Positions 8,039 through 17,036 of a DNA stretch of 64,000 nucleotides are shown here, one piece after another. Below the pieces are notes generated by a model. The model did not search any database. It saw nothing but the letters and a program-made list of their open reading frames with translations, and was not told the DNA's origin. Position 1 is the first letter of the stretch; each line of letters opens with the position of its first letter. The stretch is from an uncultured virus (IMG/VR IMGVR_UViG_3300032397_000009) (Duplodnaviria > Heunggongvirae > Uroviricota > Caudoviricetes). The translations under genes and the position numbers were made by a program. Location: IMG/VR virus record IMGVR_UViG_3300032397_000009; one strand, written 5' to 3'.

Positions 8039-9996
8039 TGACGACTGACATCGACAAAGAACTGGCCAAGAGGGTGGTGAAAGACGCCGCGAAGATCGTC
8101 GCCGCAGAGCACAAGGCGGGGGGCGCAGAGCTCACGGGCGACGCCAAGGCCATGAACGACGCGCTCAACGAAATCGTTTCGAAGCAGTTGAGCATGAAGA
8201 TCCAGATCTTCCGCATCGACCCGTTCAACCCAGCCGCCGACCCGCGCTACGTCTCGCAGATCGACAACCTGAACGCCCAGCTCCTGATCGAGCAGGGCCT
8301 GCACCCTACCATCAAGGCTTGGTGCGGAGGCGGGAAGTACCGCATCAAGGTCACGGCAGACGGAGTGACGGCGAGGGAGCGCACCATCGACATCGAGGGC
8401 GACCCGCTCCTGCCGATGCCCGAGCGCAACAAGGGCGGGCTGCCGGCGAACGCGCTCATGCCGACCGGGACGCCGGGGCAGTACACCGCCGGGCCCGGCT
8501 TCGCTGCCATGCTCGGGTTCCAGAACCCGGCGCCCGCGCCGACCGACTCCGCGGCCACGAAGGCGATGTCGACCATGGAGGGCATCACGAGCATCCTCTT
8601 GGCCAAGGCGCTCGGTGGCCAGGACGAACGACGCACCACGCAGGAAAGCGAGGAGCTCACAAAGACCAGAGAGCTCGTCGCCGAGCTTCGCCGGGAGAAA
8701 GATCTGGCGATTGCCAACGCCGCGCACCAGAAGGAGATGGCCGAGCTCAACGCGAAGCTCGAGAAGCTCGCTACGGCGCAGACACAGCCGAGGGCAGAGA
8801 GCTTGCTCGACAAGGTGCTCGCGGTCGCCATCGTCGCTCTGCCCGAGATGATCAAGTCCAAGACCGCTTCGGACCAGGCGCAGATGACTATACTCACGAC
8901 CCTCATCACCAGCGGCCAGAAGTCGGATCCCAACCAAGCCGCGATCCTCCAGGCGCTCCTCGCCAAGCCCTCCGAGCACGACCAGATGCTCAAGATGTAC
9001 GAGGCCATGGGCAGCATGATGGGCACGAGCGTTCAGTTGACGCAGGGCATCATCAACCAGATGGCGTCCCTCCAGGGCGGCGATAGGCCGTGGTGGCAGG
9101 ATCTCCTCATGAACCTCGCCGGCACGGTCGGCGACGTGGCGCAGACGGTTATGGGCAAGGGCCCCGCCGGCGAAACCATCGACGTGGAAACCGAGGAGAC
9201 AGACGACAAGCCCGACCTGGAGAAGGCCGCTACGGCCGCCGCCGCCGCTGCCAGGGCGAAGCTCTCCGCTCCCGCCGAGCAGCCGCAGCTCGCCGGGTAC
9301 GTCGGGCCGAGCCGCAAGGACAAGATGTTCATGAGGGACAGCTTCGTGAAGATCTTCGAGCTCATCGAGGACGGCAAGTCGAGCCCGCACGAGATCGCGT
9401 TCCGCGTCTGGAAGCACGCCAGTTCCGGTGACACGGCGGCGTTGGCATGGGTGCGCGACCCCGAGGGACATACCGCGCAGATCCTCCTGAGCTTCGTGCA
9501 GCGCGCCGAGATGGCGATCTCCGAGGAGCGCTACGACTCCATCGTGGCGGCCATGGTCGACATGAGCGACCACTTCCGGCACGGCGGCACGGCCGAGGGC
9601 TACATCGCGCACTACGGCATCAAGGTGTCGCTGCCCAAGAAGATCCACGTCGTGCCGATCCAGACGGCTACCAAGGAGGAGCTCGAGGAGGAGGAGGCCG
9701 AGGAGGAAGAGGAGGAAGAGGAGGAGGACGAGGAGACGCCGCCCGCAGTAGAAGCGCCCGAGACGCAGCCCGAGGTCGTTCCGACACCGGGCCTCGACCG
9801 GGTGCCGCCACCGCCGCGCGAGGACACCTCGGTGAAGCCGACGCCCGGCCTCGACCGGGTGCCGCCGCCGCCTCGTGAGGACGCCTCGGAGAAGCCGACG
9901 CCCGGACCCGATAGGGTGCCGCCGCCGCCGCGCTCCGAAATAGCCGATCCCTCCGGGGCGAGCCCCTCCGCCATCCCCGCCGCCGCCAAGTCCTGA
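8038..9996 (+). CDS. large coiled-coil protein with poly-Glu tract and Pro-rich repeats
   Basis: 652 aa; helical Met/Gln-rich middle, acidic run, PTPGxDRVPPPPR x3. Confidence 0.75.
   Translation: MTTDIDKELAKRVVKDAAKIVAAEHKAGGAELTGDAKAMNDALNEIVSKQLSMKIQIFRIDPFNPAADPRYVSQIDNLNAQLLIEQGLHPTIKAWCGGGKYRIKVTADGVTARERTIDIEGDPLLPMPERNKGGLPANALMPTGTPGQYTAGPGFAAMLGFQNPAPAPTDSAATKAMSTMEGITSILLAKALGGQDERRTTQESEELTKTRELVAELRREKDLAIANAAHQKEMAELNAKLEKLATAQTQPRAESLLDKVLAVAIVALPEMIKSKTASDQAQMTILTTLITSGQKSDPNQAAILQALLAKPSEHDQMLKMYEAMGSMMGTSVQLTQGIINQMASLQGGDRPWWQDLLMNLAGTVGDVAQTVMGKGPAGETIDVETEETDDKPDLEKAATAAAAAARAKLSAPAEQPQLAGYVGPSRKDKMFMRDSFVKIFELIEDGKSSPHEIAFRVWKHASSGDTAALAWVRDPEGHTAQILLSFVQRAEMAISEERYDSIVAAMVDMSDHFRHGGTAEGYIAHYGIKVSLPKKIHVVPIQTATKEELEEEEAEEEEEEEEEDEETPPAVEAPETQPEVVPTPGLDRVPPPPREDTSVKPTPGLDRVPPPPREDASEKPTPGPDRVPPPPRSEIADPSGASPSAIPAAAKS
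9781..9933 (+). repeat. 57-bp (19-aa) intragenic tandem repeat, about 2.7 copies
   Basis: Units start at 9781, 9838, 9895. Confidence 0.9.
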
Positions 9997-10040
9997 TCCC
10001 GTGGATTAATAATCCGATCTTCGAAATGTTGTAGACATTC

Positions 10041-10069
10041 TCGACTAGTCGAAATGCTGTCGCTAATCT
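10041..10069 (+). promoter_or_regulatory. candidate promoter of the structural module
   Basis: TCGACT-N17-TAATCT; -35 lies in palindrome TCGACTAGTCGA. Confidence 0.4.
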
Positions 10070-10078
10070 TGCTCCAGA

Positions 10079-10651
10079 ATGAGCGCACCAGCCACCGGAC
10101 GAGTTACAATCCACAACAACGTGCCTGACATCAGGCAGATGGTGCGCCTCGTCGCGCAGCAGGTCGAGGCCTCCATACGCGATCCGTGGACACGCGCCTA
10201 CGCCTCTGAGGTGATCAAGGGCCACACGCAGTTGGCAGTGGCAGGCGGTCCTTCAGAAGAAGATCAGATCGGTAAGATCTTCTGGCACATCAAGCACAAC
10301 GTCTCCTATCTGCAGGATCCCCGAGGCTACGAGTTCATCGCGACCGTGAAGCACACCATCCGCATCGGCAGCGGCGACTGCGACGATGCCACCGTGGCCG
10401 TGGCGAGTCTCCTGGGCAGCATAGGCTTCGCCACGGGGGCTCGCGTCATCAGCCCCGACAACTCGAACTGGCACATCTACGCGGTCTGCATGTACGACCC
10501 CATGTACAAGCCGAGCCGCTACATCGTGCTGGATACCACACAGAAAGACTCGTACCCCGGCTGGGAGCCGCCGCCCATGATGCGCCGTCATCAGATCGAC
10601 GTGACGTTCGCAAACGGCAAGGCGTACCTCTCGAACGGAAGGGAGCTGTAA
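10079..10651 (+). CDS. transglutaminase-like cysteine protease-fold protein
   Basis: YLQDPRG, GDCDD, WHIY, VLDTT give a Cys-His-Asp triad. Confidence 0.85.
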   Translation: MSAPATGRVTIHNNVPDIRQMVRLVAQQVEASIRDPWTRAYASEVIKGHTQLAVAGGPSEEDQIGKIFWHIKHNVSYLQDPRGYEFIATVKHTIRIGSGDCDDATVAVASLLGSIGFATGARVISPDNSNWHIYAVCMYDPMYKPSRYIVLDTTQKDSYPGWEPPPMMRRHQIDVTFANGKAYLSNGREL

Positions 10652-11898
10652 TGGAAGGAAACCTTTTGAACTGGGGATTCGAGCCCATCGGTACTCCCCT
10701 GGGCAGCGAGAGCTCCCAGTCGATGCCACAAGACCAGGCGACCGGCATGGAGAACCCGATCGAGACGACCGAGCGCATGCTCGGCGACTTCACCGAGCAG
10801 GTCGCGCGCCGCTACGGAAATGTCAGCGACCCGAGCGGCTCGCTCTGGGATCCCCGCGGCAACCGCGCGCTCTCGAGCGAGGTCGCGGACTACCGCACCA
10901 CGGACATGATGCGGCCCGACGAGATCCCCCTCTCCATCGCGGACCTCTCCCCGGAGCTCATGGGCGGTGAGGCGGTGCTCGCGCCCTATGCCGCGTCGAA
11001 CCAGCTCGACTCGAGCGCCCTGTACGACGCGGGGCTCGGCCTGAGCGAGGCCGGTGCGGCTTCCCTAGCAGACTCGCTCTCGGTCGTCGATCCGGCGTTC
11101 CTCAACATGATCCACCTGCCGCCGCAGTACGAGCCCAAGATCGTCAACGAGATGGGGCTCGTCACGGACCACGGCGGCCTCCCGGACGCCTTCTTCGACG
11201 CGCAGTCGGGCGTGCTGCACAAGGGCATGCCCGAGGCGGTCGATCGCGTGCTCGCCGGCCAGGGCGAGTACCAGTACGTCGACGAGAACGGCGTGGTGAA
11301 CAAGTACGCCCAGGGCACCGGCCCGTACGACGCCCCCGGCTTCACGCGCCCCGGCTCGCTGCTCGGCGCTCTTCCCGGCACGAGGTTCAAGACGCGCGAG
11401 GGCACGATGGTCAGGGCCCAGAACAGGATGCTGACGCCGGCGGTGATCGCCAGCACGCCGCGCCTCGCCATGCGCTTGGGCTACGTGCCCGGCGCAGGGC
11501 CCGGCATGCCCGCGCCGCTCTCCAGGGCGACCGCGTCCCGCGTCGCGAACACCGTAGCGGGAGACGCCCTGTCGAAGGCCACCGGGCAGCAGCAGTCGAC
11601 AGGCGGCACCTCGACCCAGTTCATGGACGACACGAGCGGCAAGACGCCGGCGTACGACAACACCAACCCGTCCGTCACCGGCGATGCCTCCGACACCTCG
11701 GGAGACACCGGGGCTCCGAACGGCGGCGGGTACTCCGACGAGCCCGTGTACGACCCTCTGGACACGGAGAGCGGCTACGGGGACGTGCCCGCGCCGACCG
11801 GCGGGAAGCGCAAGTGCCCGTGGATCATGATCGCCATCGGCGTGGCCACGGCCGCCGCCGGCGCGTACGTCATGTCCAGGAAGAAGGGCAAGAAGTAG
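10651..11898 (+). CDS. C-terminally membrane-anchored putative virion protein
   Basis: Ends PWIMIAIGVATAAAGAYVMSRKKGKK; no N-terminal signal. Confidence 0.7.
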   Translation: MEGNLLNWGFEPIGTPLGSESSQSMPQDQATGMENPIETTERMLGDFTEQVARRYGNVSDPSGSLWDPRGNRALSSEVADYRTTDMMRPDEIPLSIADLSPELMGGEAVLAPYAASNQLDSSALYDAGLGLSEAGAASLADSLSVVDPAFLNMIHLPPQYEPKIVNEMGLVTDHGGLPDAFFDAQSGVLHKGMPEAVDRVLAGQGEYQYVDENGVVNKYAQGTGPYDAPGFTRPGSLLGALPGTRFKTREGTMVRAQNRMLTPAVIASTPRLAMRLGYVPGAGPGMPAPLSRATASRVANTVAGDALSKATGQQQSTGGTSTQFMDDTSGKTPAYDNTNPSVTGDASDTSGDTGAPNGGGYSDEPVYDPLDTESGYGDVPAPTGGKRKCPWIMIAIGVATAAAGAYVMSRKKGKK

Positions 11899-12176
11899 TG
11901 GCCAAGGTGATCACACTCTCGGGCCTCGACCAGGCGAGCTCGCTGAAGGGCTGGGAGAGCTGTGATCCGGTCGAGGAGCAGGACACGAAGGGACACGCCG
12001 TGATCCGCTGCGCGGGGACACAGGCGATGACCCTGTCCGGGGCTCGAGCTCGAGCGTGCAGACCGCGGTCCGTGAAGACGAAAAATGGGAGGCGGTGCCG
12101 TTGTGGCAACCGCTTCGTGAAAAGTTCTCGATGTTCAAGAAGCTCTCGAGGCAAGACGCCGCGGGGCGATAACTGA
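11898..12176 (+). CDS. small protein with basic Cys-rich C-terminal half
   Basis: GTG overlapping stop; MAKVITLSGL...KTKNGRRCRCGNRFVKSSRC. Confidence 0.6.
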   Translation: MAKVITLSGLDQASSLKGWESCDPVEEQDTKGHAVIRCAGTQAMTLSGARARACRPRSVKTKNGRRCRCGNRFVKSSRCSRSSRGKTPRGDN

Positions 12177-12210
12177 CGTTGCAATTTCGCGGCGTCGAGT
12201 GGAGGAAGGC

Positions 12211-12831
12211 ATGACGAAGAAATGTGCTGAGTACGGCGTCAGCGCGAGCGGCAACAAGCGCTGCGTACGCTTCGAGGCGACCGAAGACGCAGACGTCGTG
12301 GTGGCGAAGACGGACGAGGAGAACCTCGGCTACTTCGACATCAAGGAGGTGGGGTCGGCCCTGCGCGGGCTGAAGAGCATCGGCTTCGCCGACATCGTCC
12401 CGCCCCTGGTCGGCAGCGCAGCGGCGCTCCTGACGACCCTGCTCATCAGGAAGTTCGTGACGGACGAGGAGTCCATCATCCGCAGGTTCGCCCCGGTGGG
12501 CGGCATCCTGGGCGGCGTTCTCGTGAGCATCCCGCTCTACTGGGCCTTCGGCAAGAAGGGCGTGATCACGAGTGCGGTGTCGGGTGCCCTGACCGGCGGT
12601 GTCCTCCTCGGGTGGGAGAACCTCAAGGAGGTCGCCTTCTTCAAGGGGACCGGGCTGATCAACGTGCAGTCGATGAAGGGTATGGGCCGCGCGAGGGGCC
12701 GCATGGGCGAGGCCGTGGCCACGCAGGTGCGTCGCCTGGGCGCAGTCAACATCCCGCCGACCGCGCGGGTGCCCGGAGCCGTGCAGAGCGCGATGGACAC
12801 GGCGGCGTTCGCCGGGAAGGCGAGCTACTAG
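12211..12831 (+). CDS. multi-pass membrane protein
   Basis: GGAGG RBS; three Gly-rich hydrophobic segments. Confidence 0.7.
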   Translation: MTKKCAEYGVSASGNKRCVRFEATEDADVVVAKTDEENLGYFDIKEVGSALRGLKSIGFADIVPPLVGSAAALLTTLLIRKFVTDEESIIRRFAPVGGILGGVLVSIPLYWAFGKKGVITSAVSGALTGGVLLGWENLKEVAFFKGTGLINVQSMKGMGRARGRMGEAVATQVRRLGAVNIPPTARVPGAVQSAMDTAAFAGKASY

Positions 12832-12909
12832 CTCGCGAGGCAGAGAAGAGAAGAAAAACCCAACGTGGGCGCATGAAGCCGTGAGCTTCTAGCCCAAGGA
12901 GAAACCCAG

Positions 12910-13614
12910 ATGGCAGTCATTCGCGAAATCACCTTCGGCGACGGCTCGGTCGTCAGGATCACCGATTGGGGCGATTACCCCCTGTGGTCGCGCCTCGTCA
13001 TCTCCCTGAACGAGCTCCAGCAGGAGCTCAGCCAGGCGTACTACCTCTTCAACTACAACGTCGGCATGCAGATGCCCGCGACGAACCAGAGGGCCACGTA
13101 CGCCGATTCGAACATGCCCGGCGCCGGCCAGCTCCCGATGGGGCACCAGATGCTGGTGTACTCCCTGCAGGTCGTCCCGGACGAGTTCGCGGCCCCCGGC
13201 TGGAACGGCCGGTACTACCCGCTGCTCCTCACCCCCGAGGCCACCTTCGCCGCCGCCATGTACAAGTGGCGGAAGATCTTCTACCAGACGCACCTGTCGC
13301 TCCGCGTGGAGCAGACGAAGTCCTTCGTGGAAGGTCGGCTCGACCACTTCCCGATGGGCGGCGGCTTCCTGATGGAAGGCGGCGGCGGCGCGGAGGGCGA
13401 CGCCGGTGCCTACGAGATCTTCAACGGCGACAGGACGTGGCTCGCGACGCGGCGCCTGGCGATGCCGGTCCACCTGGGCAGCCTGGAGATGTTCTACGTC
13501 TCCGTCGACTGGCCGCGCGGCGGCGTCGACTTCGACCAGACGTCCTACGAGTTCGAGCAGGGCTTCGGGCTGACGGTCCGGTTCACCGGCCCGCGGCAGC
13601 GCCCGACGGCCTAG
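12910..13614 (+). CDS. candidate major capsid protein (single jelly-roll-like)
   Basis: AAGGAG RBS, very strong C/G-ending codon bias, beta-rich, ADSNMPGAGQLP motif, downstream hairpin; fold inferred. Confidence 0.5.
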   Translation: MAVIREITFGDGSVVRITDWGDYPLWSRLVISLNELQQELSQAYYLFNYNVGMQMPATNQRATYADSNMPGAGQLPMGHQMLVYSLQVVPDEFAAPGWNGRYYPLLLTPEATFAAAMYKWRKIFYQTHLSLRVEQTKSFVEGRLDHFPMGGGFLMEGGGGAEGDAGAYEIFNGDRTWLATRRLAMPVHLGSLEMFYVSVDWPRGGVDFDQTSYEFEQGFGLTVRFTGPRQRPTA

Positions 13615-13649
13615 TCCGAGGAAGGATCGCGCATCGCGCGTTCTACCAT

Positions 13650-13688
13650 CTGCCCACGAGGGACACTCCCCTGTGCCTTCGTGGGCAG
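13650..13688 (+). other. intergenic stem-loop
   Basis: CTGCCCACGAGGG pairs with CCTTCGTGGGCAG (one G-U). Confidence 0.7.
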
Positions 13689-13723
13689 TCTAGGACGAAC
13701 GATTCGCACTGCGTGGAGGCATC

Positions 13724-14701
13724 ATGGGTGAGATCATCAAACAGTATGCTGTCCCCCGGTGGCTGCATACGCAGATCGCAGTACCCGCCGGCGAGGAGCA
13801 GAGGATCGACTCCGACGCTTTCTCGAACGACACCTGGCATCGCATGCGTTTGGTGGCGCTCACCTTCGGCAACAACCAGGGCGATCTCAATGTGGTGCTG
13901 AGCGGCTTCCCCATGCAGGACATCCACCCGACCTGGGCGAGCAACCTCATCGTCGACATCGGCAAGTCCCGGTGCTCGGACATGAACCTCGTGTCGGCCT
14001 CGCTGTCCTCGATGTGCGGGAACCCGCGCAGGCAGCGGCAGATGTTCGGTGTGATCAACATGGGTCGCAACTACCGCTTCCCGACGCCCTACATGCTGCC
14101 GCGAGACGAGGGACTCGCGGTGCGCGTCGAGTACGTGAGGTTCCCGTACGCCGACATCGGGGAGATCCCCGTCGGTCCCCGGATCACGGACGAGCTTACC
14201 TTCATCGCGAAGGGCTTCTATGAGGACGGCTACCCCGGCATGCTCGCGGGCAGGGCAGATCCGTTCAACATCTCCGCAGCGGCCACGCGGCCCAACCAGG
14301 GCGCCTCCACTGAAATGATTTCGGCCGACCTCTTCAATAGCGGCAAGGGACCGCTGTACCTCACGGAGCTCTGCTTCAAGGAAGAGGACATCCTCACGGG
14401 AGTAAACAAGGGCAAGGACTTCTACGCGTTCACGGGGAGCGGCATGACGTTCGCCTGGCTCGTCAACCCGACCGACCCGACTGCCACGAAGTGGATGCCG
14501 AGCTCGCAGTGCATACCCACGGGTCTGCTCACGCCGCAGTGCCGGAACTACGACGGCGGCAGCGAGGGCGCGCTCCCCTACTTCTTCCCGCCGGGGACGT
14601 ACCTGGATCCCAAGCAGGCGCTGTCGATTCGCCTGGGGAACACGGCGGTGGCCGACGTCGATCTGCGCGTCTGCCTCATCGGCGAACTGGAGGTGCGGTA
14701 A
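13724..14701 (+). CDS. capsid-like beta protein, two internal repeats (paralog 1)
   Basis: YRFPTPYMLPRDEGLAVRV mid-protein; YLDPKQALSIRLGN...LIGELEV at the end. Confidence 0.55.
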   Translation: MGEIIKQYAVPRWLHTQIAVPAGEEQRIDSDAFSNDTWHRMRLVALTFGNNQGDLNVVLSGFPMQDIHPTWASNLIVDIGKSRCSDMNLVSASLSSMCGNPRRQRQMFGVINMGRNYRFPTPYMLPRDEGLAVRVEYVRFPYADIGEIPVGPRITDELTFIAKGFYEDGYPGMLAGRADPFNISAAATRPNQGASTEMISADLFNSGKGPLYLTELCFKEEDILTGVNKGKDFYAFTGSGMTFAWLVNPTDPTATKWMPSSQCIPTGLLTPQCRNYDGGSEGALPYFFPPGTYLDPKQALSIRLGNTAVADVDLRVCLIGELEVR

Positions 14702-15570
14702 TGGCCCTGAACTACCTGCCGTTCGCGCGTAAGGAGATCCTGATCGTCCCTGCCAGAAAGGCCGAGCGCGTCGCGACCGGCGGGTTCGTGGTGTCCGACC
14801 TCGCGCGCATGGCGACCGGCGGGACGAGGCGGGCGATCCTCCACGACATCACCGTGCAGCAGGATACCGCTACGGCCTTCTCCATGAACCCAGGCCTGAT
14901 CAGGATCCGCATCGGGATAGACGGCCGCACCTATCTCACCGAGGATCTGTACGACTACCGGGTGTTCTGCGACCAGGGGCTCCCCATGTGGTCGACCTGG
15001 GACTGGAGCTGCGGCCGGCTCACGCCCTACCGCCTGTACCCCGGCCAGAAGATGACCGTGCTCATGGCGCACAGCCCGAGCGATCGCCGCCTGCAGGTCA
15101 ACGCTCCAGGCGCCCCGCTGGCCGCCATGTTCAACGGGATGAAGGTGGACCCCGGCTCCCCGGTCGGCACCAAGAAGGGCGAGCCCATCATGCTGCACGG
15201 CATGAAGCTGCCCACCTACGGCGAGACGCTCACCGACGAGCTCATGCTGATCGAGAGCATGCGGTTCCAGTGCCCGAAGGACAAGCCGGTCGACCTCTAC
15301 TCCGTTACTTACGCGGAGTGGCCCGGACGCACGGATCCGTGGCCGTCGTACATCCTGGACGGCAACGACCGGCCGCTCTGGGACAACCGGCAGTTCACGA
15401 ACATCGTCAACACCGCCGTGTCCCCCATCACCATGGGCTACGGCGGGCTGCTGCTCGACCCGGACGAGACGGTGCGCGTCGATCTTGAGAACGGGGACGC
15501 CACCAATCCCACAGACATGGACGTGACGGTCATGTACCGCGGCGTGCTGGAGGTCGACGATGGGCGATAA
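14701..15570 (+). CDS. capsid-like beta protein, two internal repeats (paralog 2)
   Basis: TPYRLYPGQKMTV mid-protein; LLDPDETVRVDLEN...YRGVLEV at the end; start MALNY. Confidence 0.55.
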   Translation: MALNYLPFARKEILIVPARKAERVATGGFVVSDLARMATGGTRRAILHDITVQQDTATAFSMNPGLIRIRIGIDGRTYLTEDLYDYRVFCDQGLPMWSTWDWSCGRLTPYRLYPGQKMTVLMAHSPSDRRLQVNAPGAPLAAMFNGMKVDPGSPVGTKKGEPIMLHGMKLPTYGETLTDELMLIESMRFQCPKDKPVDLYSVTYAEWPGRTDPWPSYILDGNDRPLWDNRQFTNIVNTAVSPITMGYGGLLLDPDETVRVDLENGDATNPTDMDVTVMYRGVLEVDDGR

Positions 15571-16585
15571 CAAAACGATGGTCTTCCTGCCCGGCGAGTC
15601 GCCCGGACCGTACGCCCTCGGCCTGCCCGACCAGCCGGCGATGGCCGGCGTGCTCGCGGCGTACCGTCTCAAGATGGAGAAGCTCCCCATCGGGAACAAG
15701 GTCACGGCCGAGTTCCCATGGCTCCGCAACTGCGTGGAGAACTTTACTCGCGCCGAGCAGCGCGTCATCATGCGCCAGGGCTGGCCGGCTACCTTCGTGA
15801 ACCAGAGCTCCCGACGCGTCTTCGTCCACGAAATTCGCTTCCGGCACGACATGGATCACAGCCTAGAAACCGAGCCGTACCAGACCGCGCTCTGGGTGAA
15901 GATGGACATCCCGGACCGTCGCGTCATCAACGAGGACTGGCTGCCTATCGGAGCTCTGAACACCGAGCTCGACCGCTTCTTGTTCGCGAACCTCGATACG
16001 TACTGCTACGAGCTCCCCGCGCCGTACTTCCTGCAGCGCGGGAACCCGTTCTTCGTCGATGTGCAGTTCGACAACGTGTACCTCGCGAACACCACTCCCG
16101 AGGACTACGTCATCATGGTGGGGTTGCACGGCTGGGGACAAGCGGACAAGGAGCCGATCTCCTTGATGAAGCCCGTCCGCGGGTGGCCGCAGATGGCCGG
16201 CGTCGCCGGGCAGTACCAGACCATCGTGTTCGACGAAGAGCAGGACCGGGCCATGCGGGACGCCTGGGTCACGCACCTGAGCGTCGGCTCCGCGCGCACG
16301 AACAACACCGACGGCGATTTGCAGCACGCCGTGTTCATACGGCCCATCGCGCCCGAGGGACCGCCCTGGCATACGCAGGAGTTCTTCAGGATCGATGACA
16401 TCTCCGAGCAGGTGGGCGCCCTCGAGACGAACAACGTGCAGGATTTCTACGTCATCCACCGCCCGATCGTCCCCTACATCCTCAATCCGGGCGAGGGCAT
16501 CAGGGTCCACCTGTGGAACCGCTCCAACCAGAAGGACGCGGTAAACGTGTCGATCACGCTGCGCGGAACGCAGGAGGTCTTCTGA
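15560..16585 (+). CDS. capsid-like beta protein, two internal repeats (paralog 3)
   Basis: YELPAPYFLQRGNPFFVDV mid-protein; PYILNPGEGIRVHLWN...LRGTQEV at the end. Confidence 0.55.
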   Translation: MGDNKTMVFLPGESPGPYALGLPDQPAMAGVLAAYRLKMEKLPIGNKVTAEFPWLRNCVENFTRAEQRVIMRQGWPATFVNQSSRRVFVHEIRFRHDMDHSLETEPYQTALWVKMDIPDRRVINEDWLPIGALNTELDRFLFANLDTYCYELPAPYFLQRGNPFFVDVQFDNVYLANTTPEDYVIMVGLHGWGQADKEPISLMKPVRGWPQMAGVAGQYQTIVFDEEQDRAMRDAWVTHLSVGSARTNNTDGDLQHAVFIRPIAPEGPPWHTQEFFRIDDISEQVGALETNNVQDFYVIHRPIVPYILNPGEGIRVHLWNRSNQKDAVNVSITLRGTQEVF

Positions 16586-16887
16586 TGGCAACCAAACTGG
16601 GACGCAAGGTCGTGCGGAGCGAGCCCACTCTTGTCTTCACTGCCACCGAAGAGTGCATCGTCAAGATGTTCGTGCCGCCCATCTCCCTCGACGAGGAGTC
16701 GAACAACCCCGTCGTCGTAGTGCAGATCGACGAGCCCCCGGCCGTGCCGTACGGAGACGAGAACTCCGCGCTCGTGCCGTTCACCTGGGGCTTCGAGGTA
16801 CACCTCGACGCGGGCCAGGCGCTCTGGGCGCTCTCTCCGGGGGAGTCGATGTTAGTATTCTCCGTCATTCCCAGGAGTGCGCGATGA
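16585..16887 (+). CDS. small beta-rich protein (penton/minor capsid candidate)
   Basis: 100 aa, coupled start; FEVHLDAGQALWA. Confidence 0.5.
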   Translation: MATKLGRKVVRSEPTLVFTATEECIVKMFVPPISLDEESNNPVVVVQIDEPPAVPYGDENSALVPFTWGFEVHLDAGQALWALSPGESMLVFSVIPRSAR

Positions 16888-17036
16888 CGAACGAGACGAA
16901 CGAACCGAAGCCGAAGCCCTCCTGGGGCGACATCGCGCGTGGCGTGATCGGCGGCATGAACAAGAACGACAAGCAGCGGCCGGCGCGTAGCGCGCCGAAG
17001 CCGAGGAAGCCCTGCGGCGGCTGCGGAGGGAAGTGA
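16884..17036 (+). CDS. small protein ending CGGCGGK
   Basis: AGGAG RBS, ATGA coupling, 50 aa. Confidence 0.55.
   Translation: MTNETNEPKPKPSWGDIARGVIGGMNKNDKQRPARSAPKPRKPCGGCGGK

Noticed and set aside
7810..9648. Long antisense ORFs (also 14578..15852, 21724..23250, 36717..38198, 38023..39684, 47402..48814)
   Set aside because: Shadow frames of high-GC genes; the opposite strand has RBSs, coupling and motifs
8038..9996. Packaging ATPase or tape measure
   Set aside because: No Walker motifs, no tape-measure periodicity, no tail genes
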